A DNA stretch of 60,980 nt from Candidatus Dadabacteria bacterium (GTDB lineage Bacteria; Desulfobacterota_D; UBA1144; Nemesobacterales; JADFKM01), in the NCBI GenBank assembly GCA_022564935.1, contig JADFKM010000004.1, positions 1 through 60,980 of the forward strand, read 5' to 3'. Below are positions 27,132 through 37,341 of the stretch, piece after piece. The position numbers and the translations under genes were made by a program. The notes below the pieces were generated by a model that was not told the origin of the DNA, searched no databases, and was given only the letters and a program-made list of their open reading frames with translations. Within the stretch, counting starts at the first letter, position 1. Each line of letters starts with the position of its first letter.

Positions 27132-28004
27132 TTGAAAATAGGAATAGTTGGTAAGTCCCATTCTAAAGAAGCCGTAGAGATTACATTGGAGCTTGTAGAA
27201 TGGATACGGAGCAGGGACATCGAGGTGTTCGTTGAGCGCGAGCTGGGTCTTGAAGCTGGCCTCGGGAAGTCGGTAAACAGGGATGAAATACCCGAGCTCT
27301 CCGATATAATCCTGACTCTCGGTGGGGACGGCACTTTTCTTGCGGTCGCCAGGCTTGCGTCCGAATACGGGGTGCCGATTCTGGGCATCAACCTGGGCAG
27401 GCTGGGTTTTCTGACGGAGGTAAACAGGGACGAGATATACAGCATGATGGAGCACCTCCTCTCAGGCGACTATTCTGTCGAAGAGAGGAACATGCTTATT
27501 GCCACGATCATAAGGGGCGAAGAGGTTATCGGTGATTTTGTCGTTCTAAACGATGTGGTGATAAACAAGGGCGCCGTTGCGAGGATAATCGACCTGCAAA
27601 TAAGCATCAACGGCTCCAACATTACCACTTTCCAGGCTGACGGCCTGATACTGTCCACCCCTACCGGCTCCACCGCTTATTCCCTTTCCGCGGGCGGCCC
27701 CATCATATACCCCACGCTTCCCGTGACGCTTATCACCCCAATTTGCCCCCACACTCTATCCAACCGTCCTATTCTGGTGTCAAGCGACGCCGTCGTTAAG
27801 GTTAAACTGCTTCCCACCGACACGATAGATATTTTTCTCACCCTTGACGGGCAGGGCGGCATACCCCTTCGCATGGGAGACGTTGTGGAGGTAAAAAAAG
27901 CCGCGCGCCCGTTGAAGTTTATCAAATCGCCGTTTATAGATTATTTTAAGATACTGAAGAGAAAACTTGGCTGGGGTGAAGGTTATGGGGAGAACTCCGG
28001 ATGA
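27132..28004 (+). CDS. nadK: NAD kinase
   Basis: GGDGT, GINLGRLGFL, LNDVV, TPTGSTAYSLSAGG. Confidence 0.96.
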   Translation: MKIGIVGKSHSKEAVEITLELVEWIRSRDIEVFVERELGLEAGLGKSVNRDEIPELSDIILTLGGDGTFLAVARLASEYGVPILGINLGRLGFLTEVNRDEIYSMMEHLLSGDYSVEERNMLIATIIRGEEVIGDFVVLNDVVINKGAVARIIDLQISINGSNITTFQADGLILSTPTGSTAYSLSAGGPIIYPTLPVTLITPICPHTLSNRPILVSSDAVVKVKLLPTDTIDIFLTLDGQGGIPLRMGDVVEVKKAARPLKFIKSPFIDYFKILKRKLGWGEGYGENSG

Positions 28005-28353
28005 GCAGTTTCTCCACGATTGGGTGATACGCAGCCTGAAGGCGCAGTTTGGACGGGAGTACCAGGAGGTGCACATCAACCCGGGCGACGAGAAGAACTA
28101 CGAGCTGAAGGGACATTACCCCGATGCCGTGTTCGAGAACTACGGCCAGGTCGTGATGGTAATAGAAGTGGAAACTGCCGAAACCGTGAATGAGGATGAG
28201 GCGAAGCAGTGGAAGGAGTTCTCGAAGCTGGGCGCAAAGCTGTCTGTGCTCGTGCCGAAGGAGCTTCATAAGAACGCAATGGACATCTGCTGGAAAAACG
28301 GGCTTGCCGGCAAGATCAACATAGGCTCCTATCAGGTGGAAATGAAGTTGTAG
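27985..28353 (+). CDS. Hypothetical protein, possible PD-(D/E)XK fold
   Basis: YPDAVF...VIEVET; overlaps nadK 3' end. Confidence 0.7.
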   Translation: MGRTPDEQFLHDWVIRSLKAQFGREYQEVHINPGDEKNYELKGHYPDAVFENYGQVVMVIEVETAETVNEDEAKQWKEFSKLGAKLSVLVPKELHKNAMDICWKNGLAGKINIGSYQVEMKL

Positions 28354-28492
28354 GGTTTTACGGCGGTTATCAACCGCTCCTCTCTCTCAGAATCAGTCCG
28401 CGTGCTGCAATCCTTCTAAGTTGATACCGGCTTTTGGTTGTTTCTCATAAAGAGTGATAATGTACAGGATTAAACTTTGGCGGGTATATATG

Positions 28493-29419
28493 TCAAATTC
28501 CCAAAACTGTTCCCACACCTATCTTCCTCCCCCTCAAAAACACATCGGCGCTCAGCCTCTTCCCGCCTTCTATCTGAAGCTCAAGCAGCTTGAGCGCGCC
28601 TGCACCGGTGGCGACGAGCAGCTCTCCGGCCTCGGATTTGAGCGCCTCACCGGGAGCTCCGCTTCCCTCCGACACCGCGGCGCTGAAAATCTTGAGCAGC
28701 TTCCCTTCGAGCTTCATGTACGCGCCGGGCCAGGGCGTCATGCCGCGGATGAAGTTACTTAATTCACCTGCAGGCAGCGACCAGTCTATCCTCCCCATCT
28801 CCTTTTTGAGCATCGAGGCGTAGGTGGCCTCGTCGTCGTTTTGGGGAATGGGGTTCAGTTTGTTCTCTTTCAGTGCATCGAGGGTTTCGATGAGCAGCTC
28901 ACCCCCGATTAGCGAGAGCCTCTCGCTCAGGCTCCCTGCGGTGTCGTCCTCTTCGATTGGGAGCTCCCTTTTGAGGAGCATGTCCCCGGTGTCCATTCCC
29001 TCGTCCATGAGCATGGTGGTGATGCCTGTTACGGTATCTCCGCGTATGAGAGCCCAGTTGATAGGCGCCGCCCCCCGGAGCTTCGGAAGTAGCGATGCGT
29101 GTACGTTTATGCAGCCTGTGGTGGGGAGGTCGAGGATGTTTTTGGGCAGTATTTTGCCGTATGCGGCCACGCATATGAGGTCGGGTCGCAGCTCTGAAAG
29201 CTCTTTGTAGAACTGGTCGGTTTTTATCTTCGCAGGCTGCAGGACCCTTATGTCGTGCCGCTCAGCGAGTGCCTTTATGGGAGGCGGCTCGAGCTTCCTG
29301 CCCCTGCCTTTGGGCTTGTCGGGCTGCGTCACCACTCCTACAACGTCCCTGCCCGATTCGATGAGGGCCCGGAGGGATGGGATAGCGAAATCAGGGGTGC
29401 CCATGAACACTATTCTCAT
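28493..29419 (-). CDS. fmt: Methionyl-tRNA formyltransferase
   Basis: MRIVFMGTPDFA, NVHASLLP, RGAAPI, GMDTGD; start set at ATG 29419. Confidence 0.97.
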   Translation of the reverse strand: MRIVFMGTPDFAIPSLRALIESGRDVVGVVTQPDKPKGRGRKLEPPPIKALAERHDIRVLQPAKIKTDQFYKELSELRPDLICVAAYGKILPKNILDLPTTGCINVHASLLPKLRGAAPINWALIRGDTVTGITTMLMDEGMDTGDMLLKRELPIEEDDTAGSLSERLSLIGGELLIETLDALKENKLNPIPQNDDEATYASMLKKEMGRIDWSLPAGELSNFIRGMTPWPGAYMKLEGKLLKIFSAAVSEGSGAPGEALKSEAGELLVATGAGALKLLELQIEGGKRLSADVFLRGRKIGVGTVLGI

Positions 29420-29427
29420 CACCTGTG

Positions 29428-29456
29428 AGTATAGTGGCAAACAACGGCGTGTTCAA
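29428..29456 (-). promoter_or_regulatory. Sigma-70 promoter of fmt, likely leaderless
   Basis: TTGAAC-N17-TATACT, 8 nt before ATG. Confidence 0.6.
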
Positions 29457-29532
29457 TGATTATTGAGCGCAGGCGGGTTGTCTCGCGTTTGTTTCTATGA
29501 GGGGGATGCTGAGCGCTATTGGAGTAACGGAG

Positions 29533-30834
29533 CTACGCCAGCTCGGCGAACAGGTCATAGGTGTCGGCGCCTGTGATTTGCACGCGCACCATGTCCCCGG
29601 TGCGAAGCTCCCTGTTTGCCTTGACGAAAGTATAGCCGTCCACTTCGGGGGCCTGGCTGGGTATACGCGCGATGTAGCTTCCGTCCTCTGTGCCTTCGAT
29701 GAACGCATCGTGGCGCGACCCGATGAGCGCTTTGTTGTGGGCAGTGGAGATGTCGGCTTGTAGCTCCATGAGCCTCTCGTATCGCTCCTCTTTTTCTTCA
29801 TCGGTTACGCTGTCGTCTAGCTCCCCTGCGCGGGTTCCTTCTTCGTGTGAGTACTTGAACGCGCCAAGCCTCTGGAACCTCGTTTCCTCCGCAAAATCGA
29901 GCAGCTCGCCGAACTCCTCCTCGGTCTCGCCCGGAAACCCTACGATGAATGTAGTCCTGAGCGTGAGGTCGTCGAGCGCGCCCCTGAGCTTTTCGATGAG
30001 GCTCATTATCTGCGTGGTAGTTGTACCCCTTTGCATCGCTTTTAAGAGCCGGTCGTTTATGTGCTGGAGGGGCAGGTCTATGTAGCTTAGTATTTTTTCC
30101 TCCTTCGCCATCAGCTCTAGGAGCGAATCGGTGAATCCCCACGGGTAGCAGTAGTGCAGCCTGAGCCATTCTATCCCGTCCACTGCGCGAAGCTCCCGCA
30201 GAAGCGCTTCGAGGTTCGTGCCGATGTCCCTTCCGTAGCTTGTCATATCCTGGGCGATGAGGTTGAGCTCTTTAATCCCCCGTGAGGCCAGGTTTCGCGC
30301 CTCTGCGGCGATGGAGCCTACCTCCCTGCTTTTCATGCCGCCCCTCAGCCGTGGGATGATGCAGAAGGAGCACACCCTGCTGCAGCCCTCAGAGACCTTC
30401 ACATACGCCATGTGAGGCATGGTGGTGAGCACTCTGGGGGAGTCGGGGTCGTAAATCGAGCCGGGCGGAGAGGAGTATCCTTCATTAACGACCGCGGGGT
30501 CGAGGATATCGGCTATAGCCCGGATGTTTCCTGTGCCCCAGAAAGCGTCCACTTCTGGAAGCTCCTTTTTCAGCTCCTCGGCGTATCTCTCCACCAGCCA
30601 TCCGGTTACGATGAACTTCTTGCACCTGCCATTGCGTTTGTACTCAAGCAGGTCAACGATTGTGTTGACAGACTCTTTTGTGGCATCAGAAATGAAGCCG
30701 CACGTGTTGACGATAATCACATCGGCGTTGTTCTCTGTGGTGATGGAATGGCCTGCCTCTTTAAGCGAGCCCAGCATTAGCTCGCTGTCTACAAGGTTCT
30801 TCGAGCACCCCAGGCTTATTAAGGATACTTTCAT
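29533..30834 (-). CDS. rimO: Ribosomal protein S12 methylthiotransferase
   Basis: LGCSKNLVDSE, NTCGFI, EGCSRVCSFC, QAPEVDG TRAM region; third N-terminal Cys is Trp. Confidence 0.92.
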   Translation of the reverse strand: MKVSLISLGCSKNLVDSELMLGSLKEAGHSITTENNADVIIVNTCGFISDATKESVNTIVDLLEYKRNGRCKKFIVTGWLVERYAEELKKELPEVDAFWGTGNIRAIADILDPAVVNEGYSSPPGSIYDPDSPRVLTTMPHMAYVKVSEGCSRVCSFCIIPRLRGGMKSREVGSIAAEARNLASRGIKELNLIAQDMTSYGRDIGTNLEALLRELRAVDGIEWLRLHYCYPWGFTDSLLELMAKEEKILSYIDLPLQHINDRLLKAMQRGTTTTQIMSLIEKLRGALDDLTLRTTFIVGFPGETEEEFGELLDFAEETRFQRLGAFKYSHEEGTRAGELDDSVTDEEKEERYERLMELQADISTAHNKALIGSRHDAFIEGTEDGSYIARIPSQAPEVDGYTFVKANRELRTGDMVRVQITGADTYDLFAELA

Positions 30835-31952
30835 GCCCGCTTTTTGATGACGTAGGATACTTCGCCGGAGTCTACGACGAGGTGTATTTCGCCTTCGGTG
30901 CCAGTGCCGAATATTTCGAATGCCACCGATTCGAGGTGCTTGGCCAGGATGACGTCCAGTCCCCTTGCCCCGGTTTGTCTTTTTATGGTTTGCTCTATTA
31001 CAAAATCCGAGACTTTTTCGTCCACATGGAGCGCGAACCCTTCTTCTATGTACTCGCGTTTGTATTTCTGCACTTTGATATAGAGGATTTCCTTCAGCGT
31101 TTCCCTGTCCAGCGGGGAGAACGGTATAATGCGGTTGAACCTGGCTATCAGCTCTGGCAGGAAACCGAACATGTGGAACTTCGATATGTCGTCGGCTTCC
31201 TCTTCGCTTAGTCGGTAGGCTATTTGCTCATCTTCGTCCCTGTTGCTGTCGATGTCCTGAACGAAGCCCATCGCTCCCTTTTCAAACAGGCTCCTTATGC
31301 CCGAGAACGATCCGAGTGAGAAGAACGTAATGTCACGCGTTGAAATCGTGGTTTTGGGCCCGCGGCTCGAGAAGCCGAAGTCCAGGGGGATTTGCACGTC
31401 CGTGCCTTCGAGGATTTTCAGCAGCTCTCTCTGCACGCCGTACCCCGAAACGTCCTTGGTGGTTCCCTGACCGGCGAATCTTGCATTGCTGAACGAACCG
31501 GCTATCTTGTCGAACTCGTCCAGCACCACCACCCCGCACTCCCCGATGTCTATGCTCTCGTTGGCGTTGTACACAAGCTGCACCAGTATGTTGACCACGT
31601 CGTCTCCTACGTATCCCGACTCGGTGAACTTGGTCATATCGATTATCACGTAGGGGAGCTTGAATATCTCGCCGAAAAGCAGCTCAATGAGGTATGTCTT
31701 GCCGCACCCCGTGGGGCCCATGAAAATTGTGTTCGGCCTAGGGGGCAGCTCCGAGCGGGGCATTTTCTTCAGGTGAAGGAGCTTAAGCCTTTTAACGTGG
31801 CGGTAAGCTGCGAGAGAGACTGCGCGTCTCGATTGGTCTTGCCCCCTGTAGCCCAGGCTTTCAAGCTCTTCGTAAATATCCTTTGGAGGGGACAGGGGTA
31901 CAGATTGAATAAAGTCTTTTACATAGTAAACTCTCTCTCCTCTTCCCATCAA
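30831..31952 (-). CDS. ClpX-like AAA+ ATPase lacking N-terminal zinc-binding domain
   Basis: GPTGCGKT, GYVG, DEFDKI, DVSGYGVQRELLKILEG, MGF loop, GARGL. Confidence 0.85.
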   Translation of the reverse strand: MMGRGERVYYVKDFIQSVPLSPPKDIYEELESLGYRGQDQSRRAVSLAAYRHVKRLKLLHLKKMPRSELPPRPNTIFMGPTGCGKTYLIELLFGEIFKLPYVIIDMTKFTESGYVGDDVVNILVQLVYNANESIDIGECGVVVLDEFDKIAGSFSNARFAGQGTTKDVSGYGVQRELLKILEGTDVQIPLDFGFSSRGPKTTISTRDITFFSLGSFSGIRSLFEKGAMGFVQDIDSNRDEDEQIAYRLSEEEADDISKFHMFGFLPELIARFNRIIPFSPLDRETLKEILYIKVQKYKREYIEEGFALHVDEKVSDFVIEQTIKRQTGARGLDVILAKHLESVAFEIFGTGTEGEIHLVVDSGEVSYVIKKRA

Positions 31953-32256
31953 GCAATCTCCTCCACTTATAATAATAGTGTATTAATCTTGAAAAGTTTT
32001 TGCAAGCCCTTTTTTAAGATTTTGTGCCGGAGGGGTGGGAAAAGAGATTGAAATTCATCCATGCAGAAATTTTGAGTATGAAGTACAGAACCGATAGGAT
32101 TACAAAGGCCTAACGGCATACCGGACGGAAGGTACGGACAAAAATCAAGCTGTTTGATAGTATGCATGTTATTCGGACAACTTCGAAAGACTTTGGGCTT
32201 ATAGATAAAGTTATTCATTATTTATGGTATCTTACATGTAACTGAGGGGGCAATTC

Positions 32257-32697
32257 TGAAGAGTATAATCGAGCGCTTTTCAACTACAAGGGAAATTCAG
32301 GAGGTGTACTATACTGTAACCCACCGGTGTGCTCAGGCAGGAATTGATATAGCTGAAAGCGATTCCACCCCTGAGGGCTTCGAAGTAAGAGGAACCAAGA
32401 GCTATAAGTCTTATATAATTTTCCGCTGGCGTATTGCTTCGGCCCTTTTCTTTTTAGGATTTCTTGTTGCACTGGTTCGAAGCAGAGACATAGGTAACTA
32501 CGTGGATTTTGTTATCATTTTTTTCCCCTGGCTGTTTATTTCATATATTATTTGGTGCGGCCAGACCTAAGACGGCAGAGTTCAGAGTTGAGGGCACGAG
32601 CAGTGACGAAGGGGTGGATGTAGCGCTCAGGCTTTCCAAGGATATTGAAGACGCCGCTGAGGAGCTGACGGAGCTTATAAACAGGTTTACCAGGTAG
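32257..32697 (+). pseudogene. Two-TM membrane protein split by a frameshift near 32545
   Basis: Overlapping ORFs 32304-32570 and 32509-32697 join plausibly as ...PWLFISY/ILFGAARPK...; start uncertain. Confidence 0.45.
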
Positions 32698-32878
32698 TCG
32701 TTTGTTATTTTCCCTATTATTAAATTGAGTGTAAGTACCCCAACTACTGAGCGTTGAGCACATTCTATGCCATTCCGGCGGTTTTCATGCAGAAGGAAAT
32801 CGTTGACTTGAGCAGTGTTTATTGTATTGTAAGAGCGAATTCACACACCCGTTTAACGATTCAGGTGATAGCAGCCCG

Positions 32879-34084
32879 ATGGAGTTTATCGAACCCGAAG
32901 AACAGCTCGATATAATAAGGAGAGGGACCTCAGAGATTATCACCGAAGAGGAGTTGCTCTCGAAGCTCAAAGAATCCGGAGATAAAAGAGTGCCGCTGAG
33001 GGTAAAGGCCGGGTTCGACCCCACCGCTCCCGACCTGCATTTGGGCCACTGTGTGCTGCTTAAAAAACTGAGGGACTTCCAAGACTTGGGCCACACCGTC
33101 GTGTTCATAATCGGGGACTTCACCGCGATGATAGGAGACCCTTCGGGAAAGACCCACACCCGTCCTGCGCTGTCCACTGAAGAGGTCGCCGAGAATGCAA
33201 AGACTTACGAGAGGCAGGTCTTCAAGGTGCTCAGGAAGGATAGGACGGAGGTGGTTTTCAACTCCGCCTGGCTCGGCGGCATGAGCGCACACGAGCTGCT
33301 TGAGCTTGCAACGCTTGAGAACGTCGCCAGGATGCTTGAGCGAGACGACTTCCACAAGCGGTACATGGAAGGGGTGGCCATAACGGTAAAGGAGTTCCTC
33401 TACCCACTCATTCAGGCCTACGACTCTGCTAAGGTCATGGCAGACGTCGAGTTCGGCGGCACCGACCAGAAGTTCAACATACTGCTTGGCAGGGACGTGC
33501 AGCGCCATTTTGAGCAGTCCCCTCAGGTGGCCATTCTCCTTCCCATACTCGAAGGACTCGACGGCGTCAAAAAGATGTCGAAATCCCTGGGCAACTACAT
33601 CGCTATCGAGGACAGCCCGGAGGACATATTCGGCAAGGTGATGTCGGTGTCCGATGAGCTGATGTGGAAGTACTATGAGCTTCTCACTAGGAAGCCGCTT
33701 AAAGAAATAGAGGAGCTTCGTCGCTCCGACCGCCCGATGGATGCCAAGAAATCCCTAGCCGGGGAAATGGTCTCTTGGTTTCACGGCACAGACAGCGCCG
33801 AAGTGGCAAGCAGGGATTTCGAGACCAAGTTCTCGGCGAGGCAGTTTCCCGAAGACGCCCGCGAGGTGGTTCTTAAGAAGGGCGGGGAGACAACGCTGCT
33901 TGAGCTTGTAATGGCGGCTTCTGAGAAGATAAAGTCGAGGGGAGAGGCGAAGAGGCTTATACAGCAGGGCGGCCTCTCCATCGACGGCGAGAAGCACACC
34001 GACCCGCAGGCGTCCCCTCCGGAGCGCGAATCTCTGGAAGTGAAACTGGGCAAGAGGGAGTTCGTGAGGGTGAGGGTCGGTTGA
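32879..34084 (+). CDS. tyrS: Tyrosine-tRNA ligase
   Basis: [27 protein letters not shown]-terminal S4 domain. Confidence 0.97.
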   Translation: MEFIEPEEQLDIIRRGTSEIITEEELLSKLKESGDKRVPLRVKAGFDPTAPDLHLGHCVLLKKLRDFQDLGHTVVFIIGDFTAMIGDPSGKTHTRPALSTEEVAENAKTYERQVFKVLRKDRTEVVFNSAWLGGMSAHELLELATLENVARMLERDDFHKRYMEGVAITVKEFLYPLIQAYDSAKVMADVEFGGTDQKFNILLGRDVQRHFEQSPQVAILLPILEGLDGVKKMSKSLGNYIAIEDSPEDIFGKVMSVSDELMWKYYELLTRKPLKEIEELRRSDRPMDAKKSLAGEMVSWFHGTDSAEVASRDFETKFSARQFPEDAREVVLKKGGETTLLELVMAASEKIKSRGEAKRLIQQGGLSIDGEKHTDPQASPPERESLEVKLGKREFVRVRVG

Positions 34085-34210
34085 GGCACGTACCAGTTTG
34101 AGGGTCGCTTTTTACTTCCCGATTAAAACCAACATTTGCACGGAATTACTTGCAATAAGCTGATTTTGTTTCCTGGGTGCCTTTCCCTAGTTATCAAAGG
34201 CAAAAAAAAA

Positions 34211-34610
34211 GGGCGAGTGAGCCTGTAAGCCGAATTCTGTCGAGGATGGCCATTCATCTGGAGCGCCCATTGCTGAGCGGTTCTTGCGACCTACCCGGAG
34301 GCTTCGGGCGGGCAACCCGTATGCACCGGCCCGTGAGGGCCTGCGCCTTGCCTCTCTATTTGGTCTTGCACGGAGCGGGGTTTACCTAGCCGCAGCGCGT
34401 CGCCGCGCCGCGCGGTGGTCTCTTACGCCACCTTTTCACCCTTACCGGTTTTCCGCCAAAAAGCGGGAAACTTAGGCGGTATGCTTTCTGTTGCACTTTC
34501 CGTTGCCTCGCGGCACCTGGGCGTTACCCAGCACTCTGCCCTGCCGTGTTCGGACTTTCCTCCCGTCAATCCCAGGGGGTTTGAGGGGCGGCCACCTGGC
34601 TCACTCGTCC
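34211..34610 (-). ncRNA. rnpB: RNase P RNA (type A)
   Basis: GAGGAAAGTCC, GGAAAGTGCAACAGAAA, ACAGAATTCGGCTTA; P1 GAGTGAGCC/GGCTCACTC; followed by T9. Confidence 0.96.
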
Positions 34611-35071
34611 TTAGTAATTAAATAATCATCAATCGCTTCGTTTGCAAGTCTGTCGGCCTCGGCATTTAGCTCTCTTCTTATATGGGTGAGGGTTACCTCA
34701 TCGAACCCGCCGAGCAGCTCCTTGGCCTGCAGGTAGAGCTTTCTTATGTCTGCGTCCTTTACGCGCCAGAGGCCGTTAATCTGATTTGCAAGAAGAAGGG
34801 AGTCGCTGAAGACGTGTATGCGGGATCTTTTCAGCTCTTTTGCTTTTCTCAGGGCCGCAAGCAGCGCCTCGTATTCCGCCTGGTTGTTCGTCCTGGTTCC
34901 GATGTGGGCCCTTATCTCTTCAGTCGGCACCTCGTTAACCCGGATCGTAACCCCGATGCCGGCTATTCCGGGGTTGCCCCTGGAGGCGCCGTCTATGAAT
35001 ATTTCAGTTTTTTCTCCGCCCTCAGGGAAGGAAAGACTACGCTGATGCGGCGCTTGTCCCTTGGTTTTCAT
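34601..35071 (-). CDS. rnhA: Ribonuclease HI
   Basis: IDGASRGNPG, TNNQAEY, SDS, HIRRELNAEADRLAN. Confidence 0.92.
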   Translation of the reverse strand: MKTKGQAPHQRSLSFPEGGEKTEIFIDGASRGNPGIAGIGVTIRVNEVPTEEIRAHIGTRTNNQAEYEALLAALRKAKELKRSRIHVFSDSLLLANQINGLWRVKDADIRKLYLQAKELLGGFDEVTLTHIRRELNAEADRLANEAIDDYLITKDE

Positions 35072-35762
35072 AAAACAGTATACGCAGGCAGTTCGGACAC
35101 TGTATCAGTTTTGAGTTTGCCACTACTTCGTTATAGAGCTGGGGTGGGATGTTCATGAAACAGCCCTGGCATACCTGGTTTATAGTGCGAACGATTGCGA
35201 CTCCGTTTCGGGTCTTTACCTTTTCGTAGGCTTCCAGGATTTCGGAGTTGATGTGCGAGGCAGCCTGGGTTTTTTCCTGTTGCATGCTTTCGTATTCGCC
35301 CTTTATTCTTTCGAGCTCTAGGGTCAGCTCGTTAATCTTATCGTTGTATTCGCTTTCTTTGGAGACGATTACTTCTTGAGTTTCTTGAATCACAGCTTCG
35401 AGCTTTTCTACCTGTTCCATCTCCTTCAGTGTGTCTTCTTCTAAGGTGGAGCCTTGTTGCTTAGCCTTGGCTATCTCTTTAGCAAGCGCCTGGTACTCTC
35501 TGTGTGTCTTAATCTCGAACAGCCTCTTGTCAGACTTTTTTATCATTTCATCATTTTCGTTCAGCTGTCGTTCGATTTGCTCTTTTTGGGCGTTGTGGTC
35601 ATTAAGCTCTTCGGTGGCTTGTGATACTTTATCTCTTAGACTTTGTATTTCGTTGTTATAGCTGGATATTTGATCGGGGTATTTGACAAGGTTTTCCTCC
35701 ATTTCCCGGAGCACGGTGTCAAGCCGTTGAACCTCTTCTAAAGCTCGGAGTTGATCCCTCAT
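35037..35762 (-). CDS. Coiled-coil protein with C4 zinc ribbon (DUF164 family)
   Basis: Long heptad region, CQGC...CPNC.RIL. Confidence 0.9.
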   Translation of the reverse strand: MRDQLRALEEVQRLDTVLREMEENLVKYPDQISSYNNEIQSLRDKVSQATEELNDHNAQKEQIERQLNENDEMIKKSDKRLFEIKTHREYQALAKEIAKAKQQGSTLEEDTLKEMEQVEKLEAVIQETQEVIVSKESEYNDKINELTLELERIKGEYESMQQEKTQAASHINSEILEAYEKVKTRNGVAIVRTINQVCQGCFMNIPPQLYNEVVANSKLIQCPNCLRILFYENQGTSAASA

Positions 35763-35902
35763 TAATTCCTCCTGTTGGATTTGGGATTTTTGCCGTTAGA
35801 TGTGTTAGGAGCGGGGGATGGTAGTGTGGTGTTATTGAGTAGGTCTGGGATATATATACTATTTATTACACAGTCTAGAAGCATAATAAAGCTGACGAAT
35901 CA

Positions 35903-35977
35903 TGGGCCCACCAGGATTCGAACCTGGGACCATCCGGTTATGAGCCGGGAGCTCTAACCAGGCTGAGCTATGGGCCC
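35903..35977 (-). tRNA. tRNA with CAT anticodon, most likely tRNA-Ile2 (lysidine); CCA not encoded
   Basis: GGGCCCATAGCTCAG...CCGG-CTCATAA-CCGG...GGTTCGAATCC...GGGCCCA; lacks initiator GGG/CCC anticodon stem. Confidence 0.93.
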
Positions 35978-36349
35978 AAAAGATTAAGTCTAAACCATCT
36001 ATTTTAAACGAACCTCTTGTGTTGTCAAATGAAGTGTTTTTGGCGGCTATGGGGGTGGAAGAGCAATGGAGAAGAGATTTATGCTCGATCAAAGCTTGGG
36101 GAAAATACACGGTCAATGACAGCAAGCACATACTGAACGGTTAATCTTAGCCTGCTTATTACAGTCTGCCTCAAGGGCAAGGGCTTGAGTTAATATTCCC
36201 GGCAGTTTTGTGAATTGAATCAGTTCCTGGAATGAGGATTGAGAATGGCTTCTTTGCTATTAAGATCGATAAGGCGCTCGTTTTAAATTCAGACCTTGAC
36301 AGTGTATCGAAATCGACATAAACTGAATGACTTAAAATTTGGATTTAAA

Positions 36350-36376
36350 GGAAATTACCCCCAAATGGTAATTTCC
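36350..36376. promoter_or_regulatory. 10-7-10 inverted repeat upstream of the cox operon
   Basis: GGAAATTACC-CCCAAAT-GGTAATTTCC, just before TATACT. Confidence 0.5.
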
Positions 36377-36508
36377 CCCATAATTTAGAGTTATACTTAA
36401 GCTCAGTATATAGTACATATATTGGATTGTTTCTCGGGTTTGCCCCGATTTGCGGGATGGTAAATCAAATCTGGAAGCTTGTGGTTATTGGAGGAGATGA
36501 CCGGCTTA

Positions 36509-37336
36509 ATGGTGTGCTGTAAGAGATTGATATACGGGTTTGTGGCACTTGCCGTTTTTGCGATGGTGCCGGCAGCGGCCTTTGCTATTACCGACGCGAG
36601 GGATGTAACAGGCATGGGGGTGGACGAAAGGATAGGCGGGCGCATTCCCTCTGAGCTTGAATTCACCGACCGCAGTGGAGATAAGGTCAAACTCACCGAG
36701 TTTTTCGAAGACGGAAAGCCGGTGGTTATGAGCCTTGTCTACTATAACTGCCCCAGATTGTGCTCTTTCGTTCTGGAAGGAGTGGTTGAGGCGGTGGGAG
36801 ACCTGGACGCGCTTTCCTTGGGCGTTGATTATAAGGTAGTAAGCGTAAGCATTAATCCCGTCGAGACCCCTGAAGACGCAACGCGCAAGTCCGAGGGAGT
36901 CCTCAGGGCGCTCGGGGGAAAGGGTTCTCCCGACGGTTGGTCTTTCCTTACCGGAGAGGAGCAAAACATCGCAGCCCTGGCAGAAAGCGTCGGCTTCAGG
37001 TACCTCGCTGACGGGGATGAGTTCGCTCACCCGGCTTCGATAATGTTCCTTAGCCCAGAGGGGGAGATTTCCCGCTACCTGTACGGCATTGAATTCCCTG
37101 CAAAGGACTTTCGCCTGGCACTGCTCGAGGCTTCTAAGGGAGAGGTCGGGCCTTCGGGGATAGTCAACAAGGTCTTGCTGTTTTGTTACAAGTTCGACCC
37201 GGTCGGGAAAAAATACGCCCTTCACGCACTTAATATTCTAAAAGGGGGGGGTATAATAACCCTCCTGTTTGTTGGTTTATTGATAACCTATCTCATTATT
37301 ATCGAAAGAAAAAGAACAAACGGGGGTTCAGCTTAA
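36509..37336 (+). CDS. SCO/SenC copper chaperone
   Basis: YYNCPRLC, FAHP, SRYLYGI; signal peptide and C-terminal TM; start uncertain. Confidence 0.9.
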   Translation: MVCCKRLIYGFVALAVFAMVPAAAFAITDARDVTGMGVDERIGGRIPSELEFTDRSGDKVKLTEFFEDGKPVVMSLVYYNCPRLCSFVLEGVVEAVGDLDALSLGVDYKVVSVSINPVETPEDATRKSEGVLRALGGKGSPDGWSFLTGEEQNIAALAESVGFRYLADGDEFAHPASIMFLSPEGEISRYLYGIEFPAKDFRLALLEASKGEVGPSGIVNKVLLFCYKFDPVGKKYALHALNILKGGGIITLLFVGLLITYLIIIERKRTNGGSA

Positions 37337-37341
37337 CAGAT

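Noticed and set aside
32078-32245. Degenerate PilZ-like pseudogene
   Set aside because: Only vague similarity with an internal stop; not supportable by eye.
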